Shown: positions 28,574 through 37,315 of the stretch, in pieces
Position numbering within the stretch: position 1 is the stretch's first letter
How the letters are laid out: the number at the start of each line of letters is the position of its first letter
Origin: a virus
Length of the DNA: 64,000 bases
Strand: one strand, 5' to 3'
Virus record (IMG/VR): IMGVR_UViG_3300043395_004142
Position numbers and translations under genes: made by a program
Notes under the pieces: model-generated
Seen by the model: the letters and a program-made list of their open reading frames with translations, nothing else
The model's database searches: none
What the model was told of the DNA's origin: nothing

Positions 28574-28604
28574 GCAGAGGGGCGGCCTTTAGCCGCCCCT
28601 CTGC
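28574..28604 (+). terminator. intrinsic-terminator-like GC hairpin
   Basis: gcagaggggcggc-cttta-gccgcccctctgc has a 13-bp stem. A T6 run lies about 20 nt downstream. Sits 17 nt after the stop of 27757..28557. Confidence 0.5.
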
Positions 28605-28767
28605 GTCGTGCTCGCGGAGTTTTTTGAACGTCGCGACAACCTTTGGGATGCCGTTAATGGGATGAACGAGGTCATCCCAGTTGAGTTGCTTCAGCAGCTC
28701 GAACGCGAAGTATTCGTCCCATGAGTGCATGAGACGATACTACACTAACGCGCATACCCGGACACTA

Positions 28768-28974
28768 TCACGCGGCGAAGTGAGCCTCAATCCCTTCGCG
28801 GATGGCGTCAACCGTACCCGCGTCCCACTTGTATAGACGCGCGTCCATTTGAAGGTTCGCAAGCGCGTCGGCCTGCGACATGCCGTTGAGGGTCGAGAGG
28901 AAGTTCGCAACCGCGATACGACGGACACCCTTGCGCGCGACCAACTGTTCGATCTTTTCCGCGGTGATAGCCAT
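28768..28974 (-). CDS. hypothetical helical protein
   Basis: 68 aa. Confidence 0.4.
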   Translation of the reverse strand: MAITAEKIEQLVARKGVRRIAVANFLSTLNGMSQADALANLQMDARLYKWDAGTVDAIREGIEAHFAA

Positions 28975-28977
28975 GGC

Positions 28978-29151
28978 TCATACCCTCCGAGCAAGATCTA
29001 CGAACAGAGACGCGTGAGGATCCCAAACAATCTTAGGGTCCTGATGTAATACATAAACACCTTGGATCGCATCTTCTACCGCCTCGTGCCACTTCCTTAG
29101 AAGAAGGCTCGACTGAAACGCGGTATCACACATGACCTCGAAAAAGGTCAT
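28978..29151 (-). CDS. hypothetical protein
   Basis: 57 aa from the ATG (ORF track uses GTG at 29160). Confidence 0.35.
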   Translation of the reverse strand: MTFFEVMCDTAFQSSLLLRKWHEAVEDAIQGVYVLHQDPKIVWDPHASLFVDLARRV

Positions 29152-29218
29152 GCCGGCCACAGCCTACACGGCGAGAGGCCCTCTAACAGTCTCGCCTGTA
29201 ACAGGTCGGCGAATCCCC

Positions 29219-29244
29219 TCAAAAGGATTTACCGAGCAAAGCCC
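29219..29244 (+). promoter_or_regulatory. conserved intergenic motif copy (tcaaaaggatttaccgagcaaagccc)
   Basis: 25 of 26 nt identical to the copy at 62019. About 50 nt upstream of ORF 29293. Confidence 0.45.
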
Positions 29245-29292
29245 AACGTCTGAGAGGACAGCCCACGAGAGATGGGTTAGGTTGCACCCCCG

Positions 29293-29619
29293 ATGCGATC
29301 CACGACCCCTAACCCAAGCACCCCCCTTCAAGCGCTTGTTGAGCGCGCCAAAGCGCGGTCGATGATGAACTTTGCGCTTGTGCTCTTCATCGCCCTGCTG
29401 ATTCAAGCCGTGCACGGACGTAGCAGCAGACTGCTCCTCATGGAGACCCTGGTCGGATTACTCCTAAACCTCGCCGATCAGCACCTCCGTGCCTTCCTTG
29501 CCGAACGGCGCATGAATAGGCTCACGGAGCAAGGCTACAAGGCCCATATTGTCGTTGGCTTCGAGAGGCCCAGCGGCGATCTACCCGGGAACGACCCTCA
29601 TACTGATTCGACGAGCTAG
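29293..29619 (+). CDS. hypothetical membrane-associated protein
   Basis: Contains the hydrophobic segment MMNFALVLFIALLIQ. Start uncertain. Confidence 0.35.
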   Translation: MRSTTPNPSTPLQALVERAKARSMMNFALVLFIALLIQAVHGRSSRLLLMETLVGLLLNLADQHLRAFLAERRMNRLTEQGYKAHIVVGFERPSGDLPGNDPHTDSTS

Positions 29620-30034
29620 GCGGCTTTCCTCAAGAAAGTTTTGAGGCTGGGGCGCGCCAAGAAGTGGAGAGCGATCGTAGAGGTGGGTTTTTCGTCGAAC
29701 ACGATAGGGGTCACACGGTTCTTTAGTTTCATACTTGAGGTCGAAGTGCGCCCTCTATAGGGCGTCGACGATCGGACGCTAGAAATACTCGGAGGTCTTC
29801 GTAGAAGCGTGTGGCCCTCTCCTTCTTGGTCCACCCTACGAACCGTGGGGGAGTCATACCCATGCGGAGATAAAGCGCGAAAGTACCGGTTCGGGTTGCG
29901 AACCCACGGTGAAAGGTCGTGCGTAAACGATCTTTACAGGTCGAACATAGTTCTCGCGTATGAGGTGCGGTAGGACAGCTATTCATGAGATCCCATACCT
30001 TAGTATAGGATCCTCTCTCATGGCGAGTAGAGAT

Positions 30035-30307
30035 TCAACCCTGTTCCTTCCAACGCGCTCGTACAATCTTCTGGGCCTCCTTGATCGAAGCATGATGCTC
30101 GCACGGCACCATGCTCAAGGGGAGCGACACGATAGTGATCGGGTCGAGGTACTGCCCTAGCTCGCCGCACTTTACGCAGATAACAACAGTACCAGGAGTA
30201 GGATCAACGAACGCGCCCTCCCCTGTCGCCGCTGCGACAAACACGTAACCGCAGGCAGGGCACTTCGCGTTGGTACTGGTGTGACGCGCGAGTATAGCTT
30301 TTCGCAT
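30035..30307 (-). CDS. zinc-ribbon protein
   Basis: 90 aa with CPACG...CVKCG. Confidence 0.45.
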   Translation of the reverse strand: MRKAILARHTSTNAKCPACGYVFVAAATGEGAFVDPTPGTVVICVKCGELGQYLDPITIVSLPLSMVPCEHHASIKEAQKIVRARWKEQG

Positions 30308-30388
30308 TGTTTGACCTATGAGATGAGGAGGGCGGTGTCGTCTTCGTAGGGCTCAAACGATCTTATCTGCGCGTCGTAACCCCCGAAT

Positions 30389-30955
30389 TCACGGATGGGA
30401 GTTGCGGCTGCTTCGGGGCACTTCCACGAGGAGGGGGCCCGGCTTTGGGTACATGCTCGCCGCCACATCCGAGACATTAACTTTCATGCCCTTACGCGAT
30501 GGCAGAGAACTCCACCGGCACTCGGCCGTATGGATCGAAGTCATGAGCCACGCCTCCTTTGCGAGCTTTTCGACCCACTTAGGAAGGGCTGCCGATCGTG
30601 TGCACTCCGTCAGTACCACGGGTATGGGAAATGCAGCAAGCCGGTCCAGCTCTTCCCGAACGGTCGACGAATCCCATGGACGCCAAAGTAGACCGTCCAC
30701 AAGAGCCATCGAACAACCCTCTATACTTTTGAGGTTATCGAGGGGGCCTGGGATCAGCCTCACGGATGCCCCAGGCGCCCCCTTATGAAGGCGTACCTGG
30801 CACAGATCCGCATCCTCGTAGAACTCATCCCCAGGGATAAGAACCGTTCCGGTCGGTGCCTCTTTGGCCACCTTGAAGAGAAACAGAGTTTTACCGAGAC
30901 CTGGGCGGCCAGCTACAACCGTCAGGCCCGCGGGGAAAGGGAGTGTCGTATTCAT
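30389..30955 (-). CDS. small RecA-superfamily P-loop ATPase (Sak4/KaiC/DnaB-C-like)
   Basis: Walker A VVAGRPGLGKT near the N-terminus. Its ~188-aa size is that of the minimal RecA-fold ATPases found in phage recombination modules. Confidence 0.5.
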   Translation of the reverse strand: MNTTLPFPAGLTVVAGRPGLGKTLFLFKVAKEAPTGTVLIPGDEFYEDADLCQVRLHKGAPGASVRLIPGPLDNLKSIEGCSMALVDGLLWRPWDSSTVREELDRLAAFPIPVVLTECTRSAALPKWVEKLAKEAWLMTSIHTAECRWSSLPSRKGMKVNVSDVAASMYPKPGPLLVEVPRSSRNSHP

Positions 30956-31036
30956 GCGACACTCCTTACACCGAGGGTTGTCTTCGGAAAGGGTTATTCA
31001 GGGCCCCTAAACAATTTCTAGCACACAACCTGGGGG

Positions 31037-32956
31037 TTATGTAGATGGGTGACCGATGGGAGGGGCTCCAAGGTTGTTGCTCGACCCTCCCTTCACCTTC
31101 TCGGTAACCGCAGTGACTGTCTCGACAGCGACCTCCGTGAGCTTCTTGGCCGCTTCCTGCGTCCCTTCGCTGGCGCCCGAGAGGAAGCCCTCGATAGCCT
31201 GCGATATTCCCATCCCACGGGCGAAGGCATCGCCCATCCGGGCAACGTCCTTGGGGGTACCGTAGACGTTAGCCGTGATCTTCCCGTAGATTTGAGCCGT
31301 CGCCTTCGCGCTCTCGATACGGACCTCTGCCTCCTTCTCGATACGGAATTTAGCTAATTCGAAGTCCTGTGCCACGGAACCACTCTGTGCACGGGCCTCT
31401 AGCTCAGGTTTAAGGACCTCTTCAACCCGCTGCTTATCTACCTCGACTTCACGCGCACGAACTTCGATAGGTACCATCGCAACGGCCTTCTGACCCTCTG
31501 CTTCTGCGAGAAGACGGGCCCGCGTACCCTCGGCTTCTGCAAGCTTCTGAGCTTTGTCACCCTCTGCTCTAGCCTGTTGAGCCGCCATTTCAGCCTGAGC
31601 CCGTTTGCGAGTAGCTTCAGCATCCGCGTCTGCACTGGCCTTGCGGGCATCCGCTTCAGTCTTGGTCTTATAAGCCGCGGCATCCGCCGCCTTCTCGGCC
31701 GTCACGTACTGCTTCTCGGCCTCTGCCTTGGCCGCGAGAACTGCTTTAGCCTTCTCACGCTCGGCCGTCGCTATCTGCTCCACCGTGATGACTTGCTGAC
31801 GAGCCTTCTGACGCTCAGCCTCCGCCTCGGCCAACCGAGCCTCTGCCTGAGCCTTCTCAGCCTCTGCCACGGCCACGGCCTGTTGTTGAGCACGTTTGGC
31901 GACTTCGACCTTCTGATCGGCCTCCGTAACCGCCTGTAGCTTTGCTTTCTCGGCGATCTCAATATCCCGAGCTTGAGCACGTTTGGCGACTTCAACAATC
32001 TTCTGCTGCTCAACTTGAGCCACCTGAAGAGCCTGTTGCGTAGCGATTTGCTTTTCTTGAGCTATGCGTTGCTGTTCGGCTTCAATAACTGCAATCTGGG
32101 AGGTCTGCGCAGCTTCCGCCTCAGCCTTCGCGCGCTCAAGTTCGAGCACTTGCTTGCGCGTGGTCACGTCCTGCGCCGTGCGGGCCTGCTCCCCCTTACG
32201 AACGATCTCGTTGCGTTCGGTGAGGTTTTTCTGGGTGATCTCCGCGATCGTCCTCATGCCCTGCGCGTCGAAAATATTGTTCGCCTTGAGATGTTGCTCG
32301 TCGGTCTGATCGAGCTTCGAGATCGTCACAGTCTCCAACTTGAACCCGTTATGGTTCAGGTCCGTCGAGACGAGTTGCGTAACCTCCTTCAAGAACTCAT
32401 CACGCTCTGAATTGAGCTGCTCCAGCGTCTTCCGAGCGGCGGCCGTTCGGAGAGCTGACACGAGCTTGTCCTCGATGAGCTTAGCGACGTTCTGCCGCGG
32501 GTCATCCATCTTGTCCCCAAGAGAGCGAGCCGCCGATTGAATAGACTCGTCGTCGGGCTGGACACGCACGAAGAACTCGCTCTTGATATCCGCACGGAGC
32601 TTGTCGGCCGTAATGAGAGCGTCGGCCCCTTTGCGTTCGACATCCAGGCGAACGGTCTCCAGAGAGACCCGGACGTACTGGTGAACGACGGGAAGAACAA
32701 TCGCACCCCCATCCCGAATGACCTTCAGACCGCCCATACCCGTCCGCACGAAGGCTTCAGAAGCGCGCGTCTTTACGTAGAGCTTCGTGATCGTGAGGAG
32801 CACGGCGCACGTTACGACGAGGAGGATCCCAGATGCCACCATGAAGCTCGAAGAAAACCCGCCGATCTCATGGTGCGTGACGTTCAAAGCAATAGGCGCC
32901 CCAATGAGCAGGAGCCCGAAGACCAGAACCAACGCGAGTGCGAATCCCATTTTCAT
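31037..32956 (-). CDS. yqiK: flotillin-like SPFH/band-7 protein (YqiK family)
   Basis: N-terminal TM helices, then an SPFH domain (VRTGMGGLKVIRDGGAIVLPVVHQ...) and a long Ala/Glu/Gln-rich coiled coil. AGGA SD upstream. Confidence 0.75.
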   Translation of the reverse strand: MKMGFALALVLVFGLLLIGAPIALNVTHHEIGGFSSSFMVASGILLVVTCAVLLTITKLYVKTRASEAFVRTGMGGLKVIRDGGAIVLPVVHQYVRVSLETVRLDVERKGADALITADKLRADIKSEFFVRVQPDDESIQSAARSLGDKMDDPRQNVAKLIEDKLVSALRTAAARKTLEQLNSERDEFLKEVTQLVSTDLNHNGFKLETVTISKLDQTDEQHLKANNIFDAQGMRTIAEITQKNLTERNEIVRKGEQARTAQDVTTRKQVLELERAKAEAEAAQTSQIAVIEAEQQRIAQEKQIATQQALQVAQVEQQKIVEVAKRAQARDIEIAEKAKLQAVTEADQKVEVAKRAQQQAVAVAEAEKAQAEARLAEAEAERQKARQQVITVEQIATAEREKAKAVLAAKAEAEKQYVTAEKAADAAAYKTKTEADARKASADADAEATRKRAQAEMAAQQARAEGDKAQKLAEAEGTRARLLAEAEGQKAVAMVPIEVRAREVEVDKQRVEEVLKPELEARAQSGSVAQDFELAKFRIEKEAEVRIESAKATAQIYGKITANVYGTPKDVARMGDAFARGMGISQAIEGFLSGASEGTQEAAKKLTEVAVETVTAVTEKVKGGSSNNLGAPPIGHPST

Positions 32957-32962
32957 TCCTTT

Positions 32963-33619
32963 CTAGTTGGACTCAAATCCGTCGGTCGGGTCCGGGCAGA
33001 CATCGTAAACATCGTTCTTCTCATCGTACTCCGTGAGGAGCACGTGCCGTCCCTTATCCAAGGGCTCAGATGCTCTGCAAGCCACCAGGTAGAGATCCCC
33101 GCCCTTGCGGACGTGTGCAATCCCCCCGGCCTTATCGCAGGGGAGTGTCAAAACCCCAGTGCAGCCGACGAGATCGGAGCGCGTTGTGCTCGTCGTCTCC
33201 AGAGTCGGCATGTAGTGCGCGACGAGACGTGCGAACATCCCCGTCATCGTCGCCATGACCACGGAGGCCGCGGGAAACGTGATGAAGATCCCAAAACCGC
33301 CGACCCTCTCCAAGAACCCTTGAAAGAGGAAGTTCACGATGACGCCCGTGCCACCGAAGGTGAGGGCCATCGTCATAAAGACGAGAAGCGCAGGCGCGCG
33401 TCCGAACCCGAGAAGGAACAACGGCGACGAAAAGTGGTGCACCCCATCGTGATCAGTTTCCCACATATCCGGGTGACCATCACCGTCGAGATCGATGCCG
33501 TGAGGGACCTCGGCAACCCCGAGCGCCATTCCTAGCGCCATCAAGACCCCCACCGCAAGGGGAATATAGAAGACGAGATGCTGCCAATCGAGGAAATTCA
33601 TCTTGGCCCGTACATACAC
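32963..33619 (-). CDS. NfeD-like membrane protein (YqiJ family)
   Basis: Multi-TM N-terminal part plus a C-terminal soluble beta domain, immediately upstream of the flotillin gene. This is the conserved NfeD-flotillin operon arrangement. Confidence 0.65.
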   Translation of the reverse strand: MYVRAKMNFLDWQHLVFYIPLAVGVLMALGMALGVAEVPHGIDLDGDGHPDMWETDHDGVHHFSSPLFLLGFGRAPALLVFMTMALTFGGTGVIVNFLFQGFLERVGGFGIFITFPAASVVMATMTGMFARLVAHYMPTLETTSTTRSDLVGCTGVLTLPCDKAGGIAHVRKGGDLYLVACRASEPLDKGRHVLLTEYDEKNDVYDVCPDPTDGFESN

Positions 33620-33821
33620 CGCGACTACCGAGGGTTGCCGGTGTAATTGAGGTCCCGGTGGGCAAAATCTTCGTCTTGCGCGTCAAACAAGGCGTCGAGT
33701 CTGACCAGTGCACCCAGTGCGGCTAGGCAAGCGGTACAACTCCTGACTGCGAAAGTCCGCGGACAACAGAACCCGGTTCTATGAAGAGAGGCCAAGCCCC
33801 CTCATCAAGAGGTCTACGGCG

Positions 33822-34574
33822 ATGAACGAAGAAAGAGGGAGCTTCACCGACGAGTGCCTAATCGAGGCCCTTCGAATCCCGACTACATTACGAATGCAGT
33901 ATTGGTCTGACGCTCTCGCAGAGCATTCACGCCACCCCACCTTCCACACCGAGGGGTGGGTCACCGAGCGGATGGTTGGATTTACTTGTTCTTGCTCCGG
34001 GGAAGAGCAGACATGGAGGATCTCTCTCGCGACCCTCCGACAGCAGCTCCCGGAGGCCCGTGCGGCATTCCAGAGCCTCTACTCTAGGGACCTCCTACGG
34101 GACGGGATACGCCGTGCGAAGGAGTCGTCCCAGGCAAACAAGCGAGCGAAGGCACTCCTTCACCGTTACCTCAGCCGCGAACAACGATTCGACCTTCGCG
34201 CCCATGGGTACTTCATGGTCACGGGGCAGGACGGTCGTGCTTACCGGATCAAAGATAGCGCCAGCCAGAACGTCTTCCTCGTTGAGAATGGGGTTGAGGT
34301 CGTTCGGTACTGCATCGTGTCCACCACGATTCGGATCCCTACCTACGATTTGATGCTTGCGCAGAAAGTCATGCTCGAATGCGACATCACTAGCTTTATG
34401 GCCAAAGCCCACATTAGTAATATCGGCGAGATGCACGAGATGCAGCCCTTCACGGTCCTCCCAGGGGACCTGGAAGAGCCTATTCTCTGGGCACAACGGC
34501 AACTCGAAACAATCAACCCAAATGGAGATGTACATGAACGCAGCAACGGTGAGCCGAGACAAGCGCCGGGGTAA
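33822..34574 (+). CDS. hypothetical protein
   Basis: 250 aa. Confidence 0.5.
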   Translation: MNEERGSFTDECLIEALRIPTTLRMQYWSDALAEHSRHPTFHTEGWVTERMVGFTCSCSGEEQTWRISLATLRQQLPEARAAFQSLYSRDLLRDGIRRAKESSQANKRAKALLHRYLSREQRFDLRAHGYFMVTGQDGRAYRIKDSASQNVFLVENGVEVVRYCIVSTTIRIPTYDLMLAQKVMLECDITSFMAKAHISNIGEMHEMQPFTVLPGDLEEPILWAQRQLETINPNGDVHERSNGEPRQAPG

Positions 34575-34803
34575 CGCCACGGGTGAAATCGCCGTCATGG
34601 GTAAAGAGGGGGACTCGAAACACTACTGGAACGTGAAGAACTGGGATGAGGTTCGGCTCGCCAAGGAGGTGTTCGACAAGTACGTGGGCGCGAAGTTCAA
34701 GCCCTACAACATGAACTCGAAGGGAGACAAGGGGGAGCCGATGTCCGAGTTCGACCCCTCCGCGGGTTCAATCCTCTTCATACCCGCAATGCAGGGCGGA
34801 TGA
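34522..34803 (+). CDS. hypothetical protein
   Basis: Protein-like from MEMYMNAATVS. Overlaps the previous gene end; start uncertain (34522 or 34534). Confidence 0.4.
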   Translation: MEMYMNAATVSRDKRRGNATGEIAVMGKEGDSKHYWNVKNWDEVRLAKEVFDKYVGAKFKPYNMNSKGDKGEPMSEFDPSAGSILFIPAMQGG

Positions 34804-34916
34804 GCGTCTTGAGGGGTTATCCGAGAGTCATGGTAGATCAAGTCAAGGTCGGCGCCTCGTCAAAGAGGTCTACGCAAGGCCAGTCCACGATCTAGTAATC
34901 CAAAGAGGTGTTTCCA

Positions 34917-35540
34917 TCACCCGGCCGCTGACGCCTTCTTCTCCCGCCCCCTGCGCTTATAGATACCCTTTACAATGTCCAGGTAAGGATCGAGCATGTA
35001 GAAGTTTGACCAATCACAGATAGGGATAACCAGGTGATCTCCCCATCCGGCTGAATCGATCGCGTCCCAGATCCGTCCTCTCTGGTCCCACTGCCTCTGG
35101 CTGATGTGCGATGGTCGGTCCGTATTGTTCCAATAGGCATAGTCCTCAAGACGCTTGTCTCGTTTGAGAAAATCCAGCGCCTTACACATCAAAGAGTCGC
35201 AGTGAGGTATAACGTAGAGGCGGTCAGCGTGCTCGCGAATAGCCACGCACACATCAAAGTTGAAGGTGTCGCGTTCAAGCTTGCCGAGCTGAGCGCGATA
35301 CATCTCACGTATAGCGTTTCCAACTATGCGTAACCGGGCTATTTCTTCGTCACCGTTATAGACGGCCAAGGTCTTCTGATATGCCTCGGACTTGGTATCA
35401 ACCCCGTCCAGCATAGTCTTATACAACTTGACCAACTCCTTCTTGACGTTCTCCTCACCCCTCCGCCGGGTATCTCGAACGAAAGGCCATAAGTGGCGAG
35501 AGTCCTTGAGCCGGTAAGCGACATAGATCTTTGTGGACAT
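34917..35540 (-). CDS. hypothetical protein
   Basis: 207 aa, non-biased. Confidence 0.5.
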   Translation of the reverse strand: MSTKIYVAYRLKDSRHLWPFVRDTRRRGEENVKKELVKLYKTMLDGVDTKSEAYQKTLAVYNGDEEIARLRIVGNAIREMYRAQLGKLERDTFNFDVCVAIREHADRLYVIPHCDSLMCKALDFLKRDKRLEDYAYWNNTDRPSHISQRQWDQRGRIWDAIDSAGWGDHLVIPICDWSNFYMLDPYLDIVKGIYKRRGREKKASAAG

Positions 35541-35637
35541 AAAGGCTCATTACACCGAGCCGCTGATTCTGCCCGAAAAGTCCTTTAGTGTGCCCGTTTG
35601 TCGGGCAGTCGGTGTATTTGGAGGGCAGCGAGATCCC

Positions 35638-37077
35638 ATGAAGCGTTCGCGGAAACTCTACGTCCACGAGGAAGTCAACGAGGGGAAGATATCCTCTCTC
35701 GACGATCTCCACGTCGAATACCGTCGCTACCTCCAAGCCTGCATCGATGCGATGCTCGCCGCTCATCGAACCATCATCTCTCGCAAGGATCTCCTCGACT
35801 TCTTCCCACCCGAGTCCGTCCTCTCCACCAACATCGTCGCGGCCTGCCAACAGCACGCCGTCGCGATCGTCTCCGGGTGGGCTATCTCTCGCTATACGAA
35901 TCACGTCAAGAAGGCGATCCAACGATTCGCTCGTGAGGACGTCATCGACGAACCCACGAAGATCCAGCTCTTCACAATCGGAAAGTACAACCTCGACAAG
36001 CCCACCAAGACCATCTCCCAAGAGGCGCTCGACCTCTATTGGACGCTTTTGCTCGACGCCGGGAAGGCCCCGACGGTTTCAAGTCGTGTTGGGATCCGAA
36101 CCTCGATCCATACGAGCGATCTCCGACTCAACGAAGACACCTCACTGACTCCCTGGTGGCTGGGGTTCTCCGGCCTCGCAAAAGGCAAGAGAACGTGGCT
36201 TCCTCTCAAAGCCAATCCGTTCGTGAAGTCACCCAAAGATGTCACGAAGGGATGTCTCCTCAAACGAGATCGAAAGGGGAGATGGCGCGTCGAGGTCGTC
36301 GAGACGAAAGAGTACGAAGTCCCCGATCCGCTTCCCGACGCGCCTCGTCTCGGGATGGATGTTGGCCTCAACGTCATCGCTGCGACGAGTGACGGGCGAC
36401 TCTTCGGAGAAGCGGTCAAATCCAAGTTTGACGTTCTCTACGGGAAGATGCGATCGACGCGAGCGAACCGACAGAGACAGGGATTGAAAGAGAACTCGGC
36501 GAGGTTGGATAGCCTCGAAGACCGTTTGAGCGGGTTCATCAAGACCGTCACGGGAACGATCGCGAACGATCTGATCAAGAGTCACCCTGCACATGTCTTC
36601 GTCCTAGAGGATCTCGATCTTCGGGGGTGTCGCGGGCAGAAGAGGTTCGCCTATCGAGCGCTTCATCGTGCGTTGAGTATGAGGACACTCACGATCGCGA
36701 TAAACGCGGCGTACACGAGTCAGATGTGCCCTTCTTGTGGGTACGTCTCGCGAGGGAACCGAACTGGAGTCAGGTTTATCTGCCGCAGTTGTGGCAGGAA
36801 AAGTCATGCGGATGTGGTGGGAGGGATCAACGTGCTCGGACGTTCCGAGGACACACACGTTGGTCTCGACGATCATCCTTCCGAAGTGAAGGCTTTGTTA
36901 AGAGAGCGATACCGCGCACGTAGGCGGGACAGTTCCTCAAGAGAGCCCGAAGTAACCGCGCTGCTAGCTTGCAGCCGAAGGCTTACTACGCGGGGATCTC
37001 CCTCGGGAGACACGCGCACAGCCTTGAACGCCTATGGTATTTCTCGGGCAGTCCCACCTCTTGGCGGGCACCCGTGA
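35638..37077 (+). CDS. tnpB: TnpB-like RuvC nuclease (IS200/IS605 OrfB, IS1341-type)
   Basis: RuvC-I GMDVGLN, RuvC-II VFVLEDLDL, zinc finger AYTSQMCPSCG...CRSCG, and RuvC-III HADVVGGINVL are present. GGAGGG sits upstream of ATG 35638. Confidence 0.8.
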   Translation: MKRSRKLYVHEEVNEGKISSLDDLHVEYRRYLQACIDAMLAAHRTIISRKDLLDFFPPESVLSTNIVAACQQHAVAIVSGWAISRYTNHVKKAIQRFAREDVIDEPTKIQLFTIGKYNLDKPTKTISQEALDLYWTLLLDAGKAPTVSSRVGIRTSIHTSDLRLNEDTSLTPWWLGFSGLAKGKRTWLPLKANPFVKSPKDVTKGCLLKRDRKGRWRVEVVETKEYEVPDPLPDAPRLGMDVGLNVIAATSDGRLFGEAVKSKFDVLYGKMRSTRANRQRQGLKENSARLDSLEDRLSGFIKTVTGTIANDLIKSHPAHVFVLEDLDLRGCRGQKRFAYRALHRALSMRTLTIAINAAYTSQMCPSCGYVSRGNRTGVRFICRSCGRKSHADVVGGINVLGRSEDTHVGLDDHPSEVKALLRERYRARRRDSSSREPEVTALLACSRRLTTRGSPSGDTRTALNAYGISRAVPPLGGHP

Positions 37078-37290
37078 CTTGCCGGGCAAAGCCCGAGCCG
37101 CTGGCTATCGGAGTCGATCCGTCTCTTGTCTAGTACCTTGAGTAAGTAGAGGGGGCTTCAGAAAGCCTAACGGCCCTAACGTTGAGCTTAGGGACGGAGA
37201 GCGATTGAATGCCGCGACAGGGGCCTTCCTTCGCACCTTACATTGACTGGCGCAACACCCCCGCCAACCCTAGCGGGGGGTTTGCTTTGG
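37078..37290 (+). ncRNA. candidate TnpB-associated omega-RNA/right-end region ending in a hairpin terminator
   Basis: ~210-nt non-coding tract directly 3' of tnpB. Hairpin cgggc-aaa-gcccg at 37083..37095. Terminator-like ccccgc-caacccta-gcgggg followed by gggtttgctttggttc near 37254..37290. Confidence 0.3.
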
Positions 37291-37315
37291 TTCAGTCGGA
37301 AGCGCCTGGGCACCC

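Noticed and set aside
31577-32410. Plus-strand ORFs of 120 to 145 aa opposite the flotillin gene
   Set aside because: They are leucine/arginine-rich mirror frames of the Ala/Glu-rich coiled-coil coding region.
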